From NCBI RefSeq assembly GCF_009914755.1, contig NC_060930.1: 64,000 bases of DNA. The stretch is one strand, 5' to 3'. Of the stretch, positions 29,112 through 45,512 are shown piece after piece; positions within the stretch are counted from its first letter, which is position 1; every line of letters starts with the position of its first letter. The notes under the pieces are model-generated. The model saw only the letters and a list, made by a program, of their open reading frames with translations, had not been told where the DNA came from and made no database searches. A program made the position numbers and the translations under genes. The DNA is from the human T2T-CHM13v2.0 reference genome, Homo sapiens.

Positions 29112-31054
29112 GCCCCTCACCAACCCTTTGACTTCTACTTTGTCTCTTCTGTCATTTTCTCTCTTTTCTTTTTTCTCCTTCTCCAGACACCACAAATTTC
29201 TTTTTGTGTCCAAAATCTTCACATTAGCAGATAGTCAGGCTTTGCACAGATTCTTACTCCAAGATAAAGACTTTTATCAACAAAAGTGGGTTTCTGCTTA
29301 AGGGGATTTCTTGTATTTGCAGCTCCTAGAAGAATAATATTGTCTTTATATTTTAATAACATTAAATTACTTTAAAAATTTTGTCTTTAGAAACTACAAG
29401 TGAGAATTATCTAGTTTAATCAATCTTTTCTTCCAAAGTTATTGTGACCTATTATTTTGTTCTCAAATAGTAAAAGCTTTTTGTGAATACATTTGTTTGT
29501 CATGACATGGGGACAAATCTGTGAATATGAGAAAGTTTTTCCAAGTGTCATGCCCCAAAGAGGGCTATATTAGTTTTAGATTTGTACAAGAAGGAATTTG
29601 GGCCAGAAGCAAGTAGAATTTAGCAGGACACACAATCCCCCCAATTTCTGTTACATATTCAAATATGTCACATTCTTCTTTTTCCATCCTGAGTAAGGCT
29701 TCAATATTGTAGCAGTCCCCTTCCTTCTGAAACCAGCATGCCTGGAAGAATATTCTCTAACCAGGCTTGAATATTTCTTCCCAGATAACTCTTCACAGGG
29801 AGTCCCAGTGACGATTCTTTGACTATAACTTCTACTTGATGCTGGAGTGCTACTGACTTTCCCTAACTTTATAGGTTGTTGGATCAGACAATACCAAATT
29901 TGTGAAGGGGTCTCAAGTTGTATCTACAGGAGCTAGTAACGATCTCAAGACTATTTCTTAAAAGAATAATTTAAAGAAAGATAGTTGCTTGCTGAAGAGG
30001 GCCTCTTATGTGATTCTTGTACCAGGGTTCAGCTCAGGATTCATACAACATCTTGACCTGCCACAGACATTATATGCAGTATTGTATTTATCAGGGCTTG
30101 GAAAGAAAGTGGCAGAAAGACTTCTTTAGAAGGAAAAACCCACTAGAAAGTTATCTTTTGCTCTCAAAATCTGAGAAATCTTACAGCTTACTTAGTAATA
30201 TCCACATAGCTTACATGCTCCTTTTAAAATCTAAAGAGGCCTACCAAGTACCCTATCCTACTGGTAGGAGATACAAATTTGGCTTCTTTTATTTTACTAT
30301 GGAGAAGACATATTGATACACTTCATAGGACTGGGCCTCCAAAAATGTCAGTGAGCACAGAAGTTCTTTGATTTTGTGGAATTTTTGTCTTATTCTCTAT
30401 AAACACATTTTCCCAGGACAAATAAAGTAACTTTTTTTTTTCCTATCCACCAGGTCCTGCCAGGAGGATAGTTGAACATATTTGTGTCCTCGGGGATGGT
30501 GAGGGACCAAAGGGCCTAAGGATAAATTATGGCATAGAGATTAAGAGCATATATAGCCATGCCAAGTAAAAGCAAATCTACTCTCTATTTTCTGTTTATT
30601 GCAAAAAGAAAAGAAAGGATAGCTAGATCAGTAGTTATATACCTTGTTCCAGGGGTTAGATGGACTTGTTTTAGTAAAAGCACCCACCATCTCTGAGAAA
30701 GTAGGTAAAATTGAGGCAGTTAATATTAATTACCAAACAAAATTTGCTTTTCTCCAAAACCCATCTGTCTTTTGAACTACACAGACAAGTTAATCAGGGA
30801 TATGATAAGTTCACTATTACTACATCTTTCAAGTATTTGACGGTGGCTTTATACTTATGATCTCTACTTGACGTTGGAGTGCTATTGATTCCCGCAAGGA
30901 CATGGTATTGCTTTTGATCAGTACTCTAGTAAAATGTGAGGGAGGAGCAACCAGGGCTTCTCCTGGCCCTTCCAACCAAACAGTTCCTATATATAGTTCA
31001 GAGAACCATTGTGGGGGTCCCTTCCAACTGTAGTCTTAGGAAATGGGGAAATAA

Positions 31055-31308
<254 letters not shown>

Positions 31309-31365
31309 TTAAATAGATTTATTAAGGGACATAGAGAGCTCAGCATGAATAAACAGACGATAGGC

Positions 31366-31837
31366 TGTGTGATGGTTATTTTCCACTGCTATCTACCTGC
31401 TCACTACTGCCCAATTCTTCTTTGCCCTGATGTGCCCCAGGACATAGACTTTCATAGACTTCATGAGCTGGGCTCTTAGAACCTTGGCTTCCAGTTGGGT
31501 TCATCCAATAGGAAGCATAATTAAAAGAATCAGAATTCAGAAAGAGATTAAGTGTTTATTCCTTGCCTGTGGTTCTGGCAATGGCTGGATTCCTTTAAGC
31601 CTATATTTTCTGTCAGGTGGTCTCTTTCTGGCCTCAGCTTTCCCTGGGATCCAGGAATTCTATTACCTTTCTTGTCCTTTCAGACCTAAGGGTGGTTAGT
31701 CCCTGGCTGCTTAACCAGCCATTTTCATTTCCCTGAAATTTTTCCATATTTCTGCAATAGTTTTTCTAATAAATTCTCCACAACTAAACCTTTCTGAGTG
31801 TATCAACTGTTTTCCTATTGGGAACCTAACTGATACA
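31366..31837 (+). mobile_element. LTR33-like ERVL solo LTR, apparently nested in an older MLT1-type LTR (~31315-32245)
   Basis: tgtgccccagg...ggcttccagttgggttcatccaatagg and the terminus aataaattctcc...ctaactgataca. Confidence 0.7.
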
Positions 31838-32419
31838 GGTTGAATTTCCGAGACTGACAGAACCATCTGCTACCTCTGCAAAGACCAGGAAGTTTCCACT
31901 ACCACACCAGCTGTCAGCTCCAGAAGCATGTGATGCCTTTCATGACCACTAAGCTGCTGAATCAGGAGCTGTTGCAATACCTGGGGACTCCAGGACAGCA
32001 CAACACAGCTGTTATCCACCTAGCTAGATGCTGTTACCATCTCTCCGTGTACTTCAGTTCTAAATTAAAGTCTTTCACAAGTGCATCTAATGGTGGGATT
32101 TAAGTTATCTGTCATCACTTAAGCAATAAGAAAAGATGAATAAAATAGTGTTTGCATTTTTATGTTTGGGAGGAAGAATTCACAAACATTTCCAAAGGTG
32201 GAAGAGGTATTTAGAAAATTTGGGGCATGTGACAGACGTTCACTTACTACTATCTCTCATTCCCTTTTACCTTTGACTACCATATTTGTTCAACTGTCTC
32301 TACCCGTATTTAATTTTATGCTTTTTTAATTCTTCTATCCTGATTTCCCTTTATTTGATTTTATTGCTCATCCTTCAGTGCTTTTTTTTCTTGCTTTAGA
32401 ATAGTTTAAGTATCCTCTA

Positions 32420-32790
32420 TGATATGGTTTGGCTGTGCCCCCACCCAAATCTCATCTTGAATTGTAGCTCTCATAATTCCCATGTGTTGTGGGAGGGATC
32501 GTGCAGGAGATAATTGAATCATGGGGGTGTTTTCCCCCATACTGTTCTTAAGGTAGTGAATAATTTTCACAAGTTCTGATGGTTTTAGAAGGGATTTCCC
32601 CTTTCACTTGTCTCTCATTCTCTCTTGCTTGACACCATATAAGAAGTCCCTTTGCTCTTCCTTTGTCTTCTGCCATGATTGTGAGGCCTCCCCAGCTATG
32701 TGAAACAGTGAGTCCATCAAACCTCTCTCCTTTATAAATTACTCAGTCTCGGGTATGTCTTTATTAGCAGTATGAAAACAGACTAATACA
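32420..32790 (+). mobile_element. THE1B-like MaLR solo LTR
   Basis: tgatatggtttggctgtg...gactaataca termini. 5-bp TSD ctcta at 32415-32419 and 32791-32795. Confidence 0.93.
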
Positions 32791-32971
32791 CTCTACTAAC
32801 CACCATTTTAGAATTTTTCTTCAAGCTAGAGATAACAGCCCCAGTATGGTTGAGGCTGGCCTCTCCCTTTATTGAGGATTCAAGACTGCTCTTTCCTGGT
32901 CAAGGAAAGTTGGGATTCCTTTGAAGAGACAGGTTAAACACCTAAATCCAAAGCCGAGGGAATGTGCACAG

Positions 32972-33529
32972 CAGTGGTTTCCAAAGTGTGGTTTGAGGAC
33001 TCCTGGGAGTCCACAAGCTCCTCTCAGGAAGTTTATAAGATTTTTCCTTTTCCATTTACATAGCTCTGCAAGGCTGGATTTTCTCCATTGACTTCAACAA
33101 AAATACTATATCACAACATGTTGAATGGTGAAGCAGATATGAGACTTCAGCTGACTTCTGTTAAGTCAGATAATAAAGTTCTGAAAAACAGAAATCAAAT
33201 GCTGTTCTCACTTTTTTGTTTTAGACAATATAGAGATTTCTGTATTTATTGTTATTTTAAAATTAATAAACATTTGACAATAATTTATGTTATAATATTA
33301 ATAGTAACAATATTACATAACAAATATTAAAGTAGTAAGTATTTTTAAACTTCTCAGTTTTACTTTCTGGATGAGATTGGGCATGTTTAGGGTAGTATGG
33401 CCATAGACAGTTTTACTTTCTACTACAGTAAAAATCAATAAATGAAATCCACGTGAACACAAAGCTCTTTGGGGTATTCAATTTTTAAGAGTTTAAAAGG
33501 GTCTTAAGACCATGTGTTTAAGAACCTCT
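32972..33529 (+). mobile_element. hAT-Charlie (MER1-group) DNA-transposon relic
   Basis: Termini cagtggtttccaaagtgtgg... and ...gtttaagaacctct resemble Charlie TIRs. Internal gaagcagatatgagacttcagctg is Charlie-like. Confidence 0.7.
33369..33408 (-). pseudogene. Tailless 5S rRNA retropseudogene (5S nt 1-40)
   Basis: The minus strand reads GTCTATGGCCATACTACCCTAAACATGCCCAATCTCATCC versus human 5S GTCTACGGCCATACCACCCTGAACGCGCCCGATCTCGTCT (8/40 mismatches, 5 at CpGs). 13-bp TSD agttttactttct at 33356-33368 and 33409-33421. Confidence 0.92.
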
Positions 33530-35031
33530 CATGTAGAGTGTATCTGTAGGCTGATTTGTGTATAACGCAGAAGACAGTTGGTGAGATAAAATAGGTCTTG
33601 CTATGACTATTACATTTTGAAGGCCCATTAATGATTTAAAATCCAAATTTATTTTCATCAGTGACCCATGTACTCTAATTTTTTCTCATTTATTCATTTT
33701 CTAAATCCTTAAAAGATAGAAGTAACCAATCAAGAAATTTCAGAAATCTCAAATTCCCTAATCAAATCAAGTACAATGATAGATATACTATACCTTTTTA
33801 CTGTGACAATTTATCTCTTCTATATTTTCAGTTTTATTAGTTACCCATGGGGGGTAGTGACTGTATTGATGTAGCTCACTCTCCCACTTCAGGCCTGAGG
33901 GTATTGACTCTGTTGGTCTAGCTCACTGCTCTACTCCCACCATTTAGCACAATGGCTGCCACCCAGCTAATTCTCAGTAAATACTTAATTGGAATACAGT
34001 GAATTGATCAGAATTACATTCTCAATAAATTCCTCTTGAATGATTAGAACTCACTTATCTGGGAGAGAGCTCATTATTTAATAAAATAAATATGAAACTC
34101 AGGTTCAAAACTAATTTTAATTATGGTCCGACTGAAGATTTAACTGTATTCTTTTCTTGAACTTTCATGGCCTCAGGACTTAATGTCTGCTTCCCATTCT
34201 CCCCATATATTGGTGGTAGCTGGAAAAACAAATTTAGATTTTTATTTCTGTGGCTGATAGGTTGAATACATAGAACCATAGCATTTAATTAAGCTAATCA
34301 TTAATTTTTCCTGCATCCCTATTTTCCTTCTCTAAAATTAGAGAATTGTATAGCATCAGTTTGTCATTTCTGGAGGGGATATTTCTGTTGGTCACTTGAG
34401 CTTTTACTGCTCAGCCTCTGTGGGGCTTCATGTGGCAGAGGAAGGTGTGAAATACGGAATTCTTCAGGTTCTAGTCTCTCGATTTTGGGTTTAATACTTG
34501 TAGTCATGACTCAGGCTTGCACACATATAATGTCCTTTATTCTCTGTGAGTGAATTCACCTTACCCCTGAGCCCTGTCTTGTGTGGTCCCTGTGATTAAT
34601 CTTTCTCTTTAAAGGTAACAGTTCTTCCACTTTCCTCAGTCCTATCCAAATTACCTCAGACTTTTTTGAGTAAATAAATACTCAAGCTTTCAGGGTTTCT
34701 CTCTCCCTAATTTTCCTTCTGATTCTGGATACAGGGTGCCTTTACTCAACAGGTCACATTGTTCTTATTTAACTCCATGGCATTAGGGGAGGAGCCTCTG
34801 GTCCATTTGCTGTCCTCAGTGCCTTGCTGCCCTCCACTGAGGATCCCCTCTTGCTTGGCATATGCGTAGCTTCCTCTGTGTTGCTGTATCTGCTGTCACC
34901 ATGTTGCTCCTGCAATGTTAATGCTGTCATCTGGGGTTTGTTCTCTTAGCCTTGTCAGTACACAGTGATTCCTTCCCACTGGTTTTCCCTCTGAGTTGCC
35001 TGCGATCTTGCTGTGACTCCTATGTAGCCCC

Positions 35032-35393
35032 TCCAATGTTTGAATATGTCTTTTCCAAAATTCAGATGTTGCCAATGTGATAATATTAAGAGGTGGAACA
35101 GGACCTTCATGAGGTGATTAGGTCAGGAGGGCTTCTCTCCTTATTAATGGGATTAAGCCTATAAAAAGGCCTCATGCAGCCATGCACCCAGCTGGTTTGC
35201 CCTTCTACATTATGCCAAGTAAGAACACAACCTGTCTCCCCTCCAGAGGATACAGCCGTAATTAGACAACTGAACCTGCTGGCAACTTGATCTTGGACTT
35301 CCCAGCCTCCGGGATGGTGAGAAAATAAATTTGTTTTTAATAAGTGACCCAGCATCAGGTATTTTCTTTTAGCAGCACAAACAGACTAAGGCA
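35032..35393 (+). mobile_element. MST-type (MSTC-like) MaLR solo LTR
   Basis: gtttgaatatgtc...acagactaaggca, with gcccc on both flanks as a probable TSD. Confidence 0.82.
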
Positions 35394-36197
35394 GCCCCCA
35401 GCTGGGGAAGCTTACATCGCCAGCTGCAGGGCCACTCCATCTGTGGTGACTAGCTCACTAGGAGATTCTTTGGGTCACTGCATGGAGGCAGAAAGAAACT
35501 CCAGGTATATTTGTAGTATCCCAGGCCCTCTCTCTGCCTACATCTGCCCTGGTACCATTGCTCCTCTACCGTGGCCACCTTAGCTTAGTTTGGGATATAC
35601 AGGGAAACTGCCTCACAGTAAAAAAAAAAGTTATAAAATAGATGAGAGGTAGTGAGTTAGCAACAATAAGTACAGACAACTAGCAAAAATAAGCTGTAAG
35701 GGAGCGTAGAAAAATAAGGCATTGAAGGAAAGGAGATTTGGTCACTGAAGTTAGTAGGTTGGAGAGAGAAAATGTGCTGTCCCTGACATCTTTTTTTGGT
35801 TTTGTGTTATTTGGGGATCTCTTCTGTGACTATGTTGGTTTATATTTAATTTATGCTTTCAACAAATGTTTATTTTAACCTTGTCACATGCCAGGCCCAA
35901 ATCTCCCATCTTTTCACATTTTGAAATATTTAGCTTGTTTTAATGTATACTTGAAAAATAATATAAAATTGATAATTTATCCAATGGCTTCCCTCCCAGA
36001 TATGTGTTTATTTTTACTTTAATCTGATCATAAGAATTAAATGTTTATACCTTCCTCATCACCAATAGTCATATAGTTGTCAACTTAATTGGAATAATAA
36101 ATTGGAACATGACTGGAAACTGTGTGGGAAGGAATAGATCCAAATTACGTCCAGGTATGAAGGAAATGAAGGCCAGTACTTCATTTTGGATATTTTC

Positions 36198-36790
36198 TAG
36201 CAATTTGGAGATTTTTCAAAGAACTAAGAGTTGAACTACCATTTGACCCAGCATTCTCATTACTGCATATATACTGAAAGAAAAATAGGTTGTTCTACAA
36301 AAAGAAAAAATACAGCACCCATATGCTAATTGCAGTGTTATTCACAATAGCAAAGGCTTGGAATAAATTCAGATGCCCATCAACAGTGGACTGGATAAAG
36401 AAAATATGGTATACATATATACTATGGAATACCACACAGCCATAAAAAAGAATGTCGTGTCCTTTGCAGCAGTATGGATGCCACTGGAAACCATTATTCT
36501 AAGTGAACTAGTGCAGAAACAGAAAACCAAATACCTCATGTTCTCCCTTATCAGCAGGAGCTAAACATTGGGTACATAGGGACATGAAGAAAAGAACAAT
36601 AGACAACTGGGGAATACATGAGGGAGGGAGGGTTTGAAAAGCTGCATATTGGGTACTACGCTCACTACCTGAATGATGGGTTCATTTGTACTGCAGTTCT
36701 CAGCATCACACAATATACCTTTGTAACAAACTGGCACATGTTTCCCCTGATTCTAAAATAAAAGTTGAAAAAAATAAAGCAAATCATTAA
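36198..36790 (+). mobile_element. L1PA15/16- or L1PB-type 3' end
   Basis: ORF2 end (MEYHTAIKK...LETIILSEL) and 3' UTR (gggtactacgctcactacctg...ctaaaataaaagttg). Confidence 0.85.
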
Positions 36791-37974
36791 AGGGAGAAAA
36801 AATAAAGGAAACAAACAAAAAAAGCTGCTATCTTAATAATTATGGGGCTCATTTCTGGTAGGGTTTGCTAGCCATCATGAAAGAAGAGGTGGTTAAAGTT
36901 TGGCAAAATCACTATTGCCCCATACACACTTACTTTTGATGTTTTTCTCTTTCAAATACATTCAGTCTCTCAAGGGGAAAATGGTCCCTTACAACCTTTG
37001 AGAGAGCTAAGTGAATGTGCATCCAAACTAAAGTTATGTTGTATATGGTACCAACAGTTGACGGGAGGCAAAAATCTTTAATCAAATAGATTTTAGAAAA
37101 GATTTTTCTTTTTGTGATGTAAAAAGTGATTTTGGAAATGAATTTTTAACACTCTGGACATTATGTTTAAGAAAAGAAAAAAGTAGGGTTATTTTGAAGA
37201 TACCTAGAAAATCCTACTTAAAACATAGGAAGGTAGAGCAAGGAGAATACCAAAGCTTTTATTTTACAAAATATCAGAGCTATGAAAACTTTCTAAATGG
37301 CTTTGTTCACCATTTAGTTAATAACCGAATATTAAAATATGAGCAGTAGGAAGTATAAAGAAACTGTTTTATTAAGTTATCAAAATTCTAAAAGTAGATT
37401 TCAACATCTTGATATGTAAAATTATATAAACAAGGTTGAATTAAACGCACTTAATATATTAATGGCTTTCATAGTCTGAAACCTACTTTATGCACTTAAA
37501 ATAAATACCTCATATGAGTGCAGTTTAAGGAGATAATTCATGCCTTAACCTCTTTTCCTTCCTACTACCTCAGGTATAAGGTTTCCTTCCTCTACTATCT
37601 CACGCATTGTCCATAGATGGTAGAGCAACAAAAACTTTATAGGAGAAATAAAGTAGGAAAAACAGGTTTTATCATTGTTATTCAGAGATAACAGAATAAA
37701 ATCTATTGAGAACAAGAAAGAATATATCTAAAGAACAGAAGAGCTTATATTCTGTTCTTTTAAAAAATTTTGCTAAGTGTAAGAAAGCAGAAAATTGGAT
37801 CTCTAGTATCCTCCAGCTCTCAAGTTTTCAGTCAGTGGAACTCAACATTGTAATAGGTTTTAGAATTATGTCTTAGATAATTGAATTTTAGATAATAGGA
37901 GATTAATTTTCAAGTGATCTGTATTAGGCATTAAACTACACATATGTGAATTGCTTAGAAGCAGATAAGGAAAA

Positions 37975-40665
<2,691 letters not shown>

Positions 40666-42446
40666 AACATAGTGCAAAGTATTTTCTTTCAATCTGACAA
40701 ATGTCTACAAAAATGGGTAGGGTGGCCATTTCCTATTTTTTTTCGAAATGTCACCTGGTTTGCCTTTTGCCAATTATGTGTTTTTGTAGAAGGAATGCCT
40801 ATAGCTGGAGAATTTAAATGCAGACAACACACACTTTTTATCTATATGAAACTAACTGAAATAGACAGGAATCCATCTTATTTCAGGAGGCACTATGTGG
40901 AAGGAGATGTATCCAAATTATGTCCAAGTATAATGGAAATGAAGAAAGAGCTATCTTAATAGTTATGGGGATAATATAACATTTTAAAAAGCACCTCACT
41001 CATAACATTAATCCTAGGTTGATCCAATAAGGTAAAGTATTGTAAGACCTATATTCTTTCTAAGGACAAATAAACAGTAGTTACAAGTGAAAAAGTCCAT
41101 CAGAAGATCTGTAAGAGCTTGAATAGTTTTCCTGAATTCTTTGTTTATTTTAATTCCTGTTAAGATTTGAATTTCAGAGTCTGGGTTTTGTTGGCTACAA
41201 GTTTTTGGAAAGATAGTGTTAGCACTGATACCATCTATGGATGGCCCATTTAAGGAGTTACAAAGTCATCATTTACCCTAAAATATTCCCTTCTGCATCT
41301 GTCATTGTGTCTAAAAATTCCTGTCATGAATCCATTTGTTTAAAGCAATGAAGGCTGCTGTTGGGCTCATTCTGTCAGCATCACAACTATAATGCCTGTT
41401 AGTGATTGACTGACTCTCTTTTAGATAAAATATCTGATTTGATTGAATTGTCATCAGCTATATGACAGAGTTCTAAGGTAATGAGTGGCAGAACAGGTTT
41501 TTATTGGGGGGAGGTCTAGATTGTGAGGTTGGGCTTAATCATGAGGCAAATATGAAAGAATGAAGACTGTCAGTGGGAGACCGGGAAGGTTTTGTGGTAT
41601 TAAGAAGGCTTCCTTTGGGACAGAATACTTTTGCTGAAGTTTGAATAATACACAAGATTTAATATGGACGTGAAGTGGAGGAATTTCCTGGTTGAAGAAA
41701 GAAACAGGAAAGACAAGGAGGTGTGACTCTGTTTTTGTGTACATTATCTAAAGTGTTCATAGAATAGAGGCAAATTTAGTTTTCAATTGGGCAACACAAA
41801 AGTAAAATTTCTTCAGATTACATTTTATATAATATTAGATAATGATATATTCTGTTATTTCTTAAAACTTTATTATGAGGTTAACTACTTTGCAAATGAA
41901 CATTTCATTCATTTCCCCTGGGTGAGGGGGAGGGAAATTGTGAAGGTATACTCAACTTACACAATATCAAAATACCATGATCATGGTAAGAAAATGAAAA
42001 CAGAAGGCCAATTGCCATTTACAAAACATATTATAAGATAAAATTGGATTGCTACAGTAAGCTAGTGGGTCCCATTCATAACGCCAAGTCAAACAAAGTG
42101 AGATCATATCTTGGAGGGAACACATGAGTAAAAGAGAGGTCTTGAGGGCTGGATTGAAACAAGAATATTTGTTCTTAAGGAAATGATATTGTATCACTTT
42201 TTGGGACATTTTGCCATTGGCAATAATTAAAAAGTCTTCAAAATGTGTGATATAATGTTACACAATGCAAGAGTTCCTTTATTTTATAAAGCATCCTAGT
42301 GACATCATTCTTTTATAATAGCAATTTTCATGAGGGTAAAGCTAGGTGATTGCCATAACACGAGGCAGGTAGCAGGATGTGTCTCCTTTGGGATATTCAT
42401 ACTGAAATGAAAGAGGCTAAACACAGGCAGATAAAGAATAGGCAGG

Positions 42447-43463
42447 TAATATGGTTTGGATCTGTGGCTCCACCCAAATCTCATGTCGAATTGTAATCAT
42501 AAATGTTGGAGGTGAGGTCTAGTGGAAGGTAATTGAATCATGTTCATGGATCGTTCATGAATGGCTTAGAACCATCCCTTTGGTGCTGTTATCATGATGG
42601 TTAGTGAGTTCTCACAGGATCTGGTCATTTAACAGTGTGGCAATTCCTCAAGGATCTAGAACTAGAAATACCATTTGACCCAGCCATCCCATTACTGGGT
42701 ATATACACAAAGGATTATAAATCATGCTACTATAAAGACACATGCACACGTATGTTTATTGCAGCACTATTCACAATAGCAAAGACTTGGAACCAACCCA
42801 AATGTCCATCAATGATAGATTGGATTAGGAAAATGTGGCACATATGCACCATGGAATACTATGCAGCCATAAAAAAGGATGAGTTCATGTCCTTTGTAGC
42901 GACATGGATGAAGCTGGAAACCATCATTCTCAGCAAACTATCGCAAGGACAGAAAACCAAACACCACATGTTCTCACTCATAGGTAGGAATTGAACAGTG
43001 AGAACACTTGGACACAAGGTGGGGAACATAACACCGGGGCCTGTTGTGGGGTGGAGGGAGGGGGGAGGGATAGCATTAGGAGAAATACCTAATGTAAATG
43101 ATGAGTTGATGGGTGCAGCAAACCAACACAGCACATGTATACATATGTAACAAAACTGCACGTTGTGCACATGTACCCTAAAACTTAAAGTATAATAAAA
43201 AAAAAGAAAGAAAGAAAAAAAAAGATCTGGTTGTTTAAAAGTGTGTAGCACCTCCCCCTTCTCTCTTTTCCTCCTGCCAGGGCCATATGAAAATGCCTGT
43301 TCCAGCTTTGCCTTTTGCCACGAGTAAAAGCTCCCTGAGGGCTCTCCAGCCATACTTCCTGTACAGCCGGTGGAACTGTGAGCCAATTAAACCTTTTTTT
43401 TTTCTTAATACATTGCCCAGTCTCAGATATTTCTTTATAGCAATGTGAGAACAGACTAATACA
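42447..43463 (+). mobile_element. MSTA MaLR solo LTR interrupted by an L1PA
   Basis: taatatggtttggatctgtg...gactaataca termini. TSD gcagg at 42442-42446 and 43464-43468. Confidence 0.9.
42633..43223 (+). mobile_element. 5'-truncated L1PA5/6-like 3' end nested in the MSTA
   Basis: ORF2 C-terminus, 3' UTR and A-tail. TSD gatctggt(ca/tg)tttaa at 42618-42632 and 43224-43238; CA versus TG fits opposite-strand decay of one CpG. Confidence 0.93.
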
Positions 43464-44182
43464 GCAGGTCACTAAAGCAGACTTGGAGAAGCCCAACTGG
43501 AAAGAAAAGCTATCAGCTGGAGCTGATAGCAAATCTAAATAAGCATGAGTGTAAGAACCTGAGGTGAAGAGGCAATCTAGGGTCAGGTGGAGGAGGGAGC
43601 CAGGTGAGGAAACTTGTATAGGTATCTATTTGTCTCAGCTGAAATTGGAGCACCGGGGTGGAGCAATCTCAGCTGAAAGCCCTCAGAGAACCTTCCTAGT
43701 GGGGTAGTTATCATCAGTTTGAATAAAGTCGAGCCTACTTTTACAATTTTTAGAAACCTCAACTTGTGACAAATAGGCAATTTTGAATACAATATTCCTC
43801 CCAGGTTAGTTTTGCACAGATTTCTTTGGCATTCCATCATATATTTTAGCTTAGTTCTCTAATTTACGAATTTGTATTTGCCTTGGAATTTCTACTTTTA
43901 TCTCAATGTTCTTTTCTAATATGTCAACGTGGCATCAACATGGGATATTTTTATAAGTTCTTGTCATTATTTTCCAATACTTTAAAGTTTAGCCTCTCTA
44001 GCGCTTCTCACCAGAGTTCTAGTTGACCTGTGATCTGTTCCAACAGGTAGGAATTAAAATACACTAAATTGTGGAAAAATGTAAAATCTCCATGATATAA
44101 AATGCCTTAGTTAAGTGATAAGCTAGACATAAACACAGAGTATTTATAACTTGAGTTTTAATTCTATTTCATTCAATAATAA

Positions 44183-44435
<253 letters not shown>

Positions 44436-45159
44436 TGAAAAACACGATCAAGCTTTGCATATATTAATTATTCAAAGGTCTGAATTTGGAAGTAGCTAAT
44501 TCAAAATCCTCTAAATCTGAAGAACTCTAAGATTGTGAATTGGTTGCAAGGAAGAGTTAAAATTTGGTGAAACTTTCTATTTTTTTTTTTACCTCATTTC
44601 TCTCTGACTTTCAATAGATGAAGATTGTTCAAGTGGAATAAATGAATGACAAATAGCTAAAGATGTTCAGAAATGTTACCCACACCTACACTTGGTATAA
44701 ATTAAACTATAATAGTCTCAAATCTCCTATTTTGTTTTTAATAATGTGGATGTGTGTGTATATGCTTTGGTGACAGTTTTAATGGGAGGGACCATTTGGT
44801 CTTTCTGTTCTGCTGCTTATTGCGTTTTCAGGAAAGCACAGACTAAACTGAAGACAAATAGCCTTGGAAGATGGAAACTCAATCCCATGTCTTCCATAGA
44901 AAATAGAACTAAATTGTCATCCACCCTAATAGAATAATACTTTGGAAATTTCGAGGGTCTGTGAGGATGATAGTACTAATACTTATGTTTACCTCTGTCT
45001 TTTGTTGCTTTTTCCTACAATGACTCTGAAGGTTGTCTGTACTTTCAAGTTAATCCCTTCATCAGGTGCTTGTAATTTATATGTAAAACCTAGGCATATA
45101 TTCATGAAACAATCAGATAGTAGCAAAAAAAAAAAAAAACAAAAACCGAAGGATGGAGT

Positions 45160-45512
45160 TGACATTGTTAGGCTTTGTGTACTCACCCAAATCTCATCTT
45201 GAATTGTAATCAAGGGAGGGACCAGGTGGAGGTAATTGAATCATGGGTGCAGTTTACTCCAGGCTTTTCTTATGATAGTGACTAAGTTCTCACAGATCTG
45301 ATAGTTTATAAGGGGCTCCTCCTGCTTTGGTCGGTACTTCTTCTTGACACCTTGTGAAGAAGGTGCCTTGTTTCCTCTTCGCCTTCCGCCATGACTGTAA
45401 GTTTCCTGAGGCTTCCCCAGTCATGCTGAACTGAGTCAATTAAACCTTTTTCCTTTTTAAATTACCCAGCCTTGGGCAGTTCTTTCTAACAGTATGAAAA
45501 TGGGCTAAGAAA
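45160..45512 (+). mobile_element. THE1C/D-like MaLR solo LTR
   Basis: cacccaaatctcatcttgaattgtaat...ccatgactgtaagtttcctgagg...aattacccag. Confidence 0.88.

Noticed and set aside
29870-29900. gttggatcag resembling mitochondrial 16S rRNA (possible NUMT)
   Set aside because: The match is only ~10 nt and does not extend.
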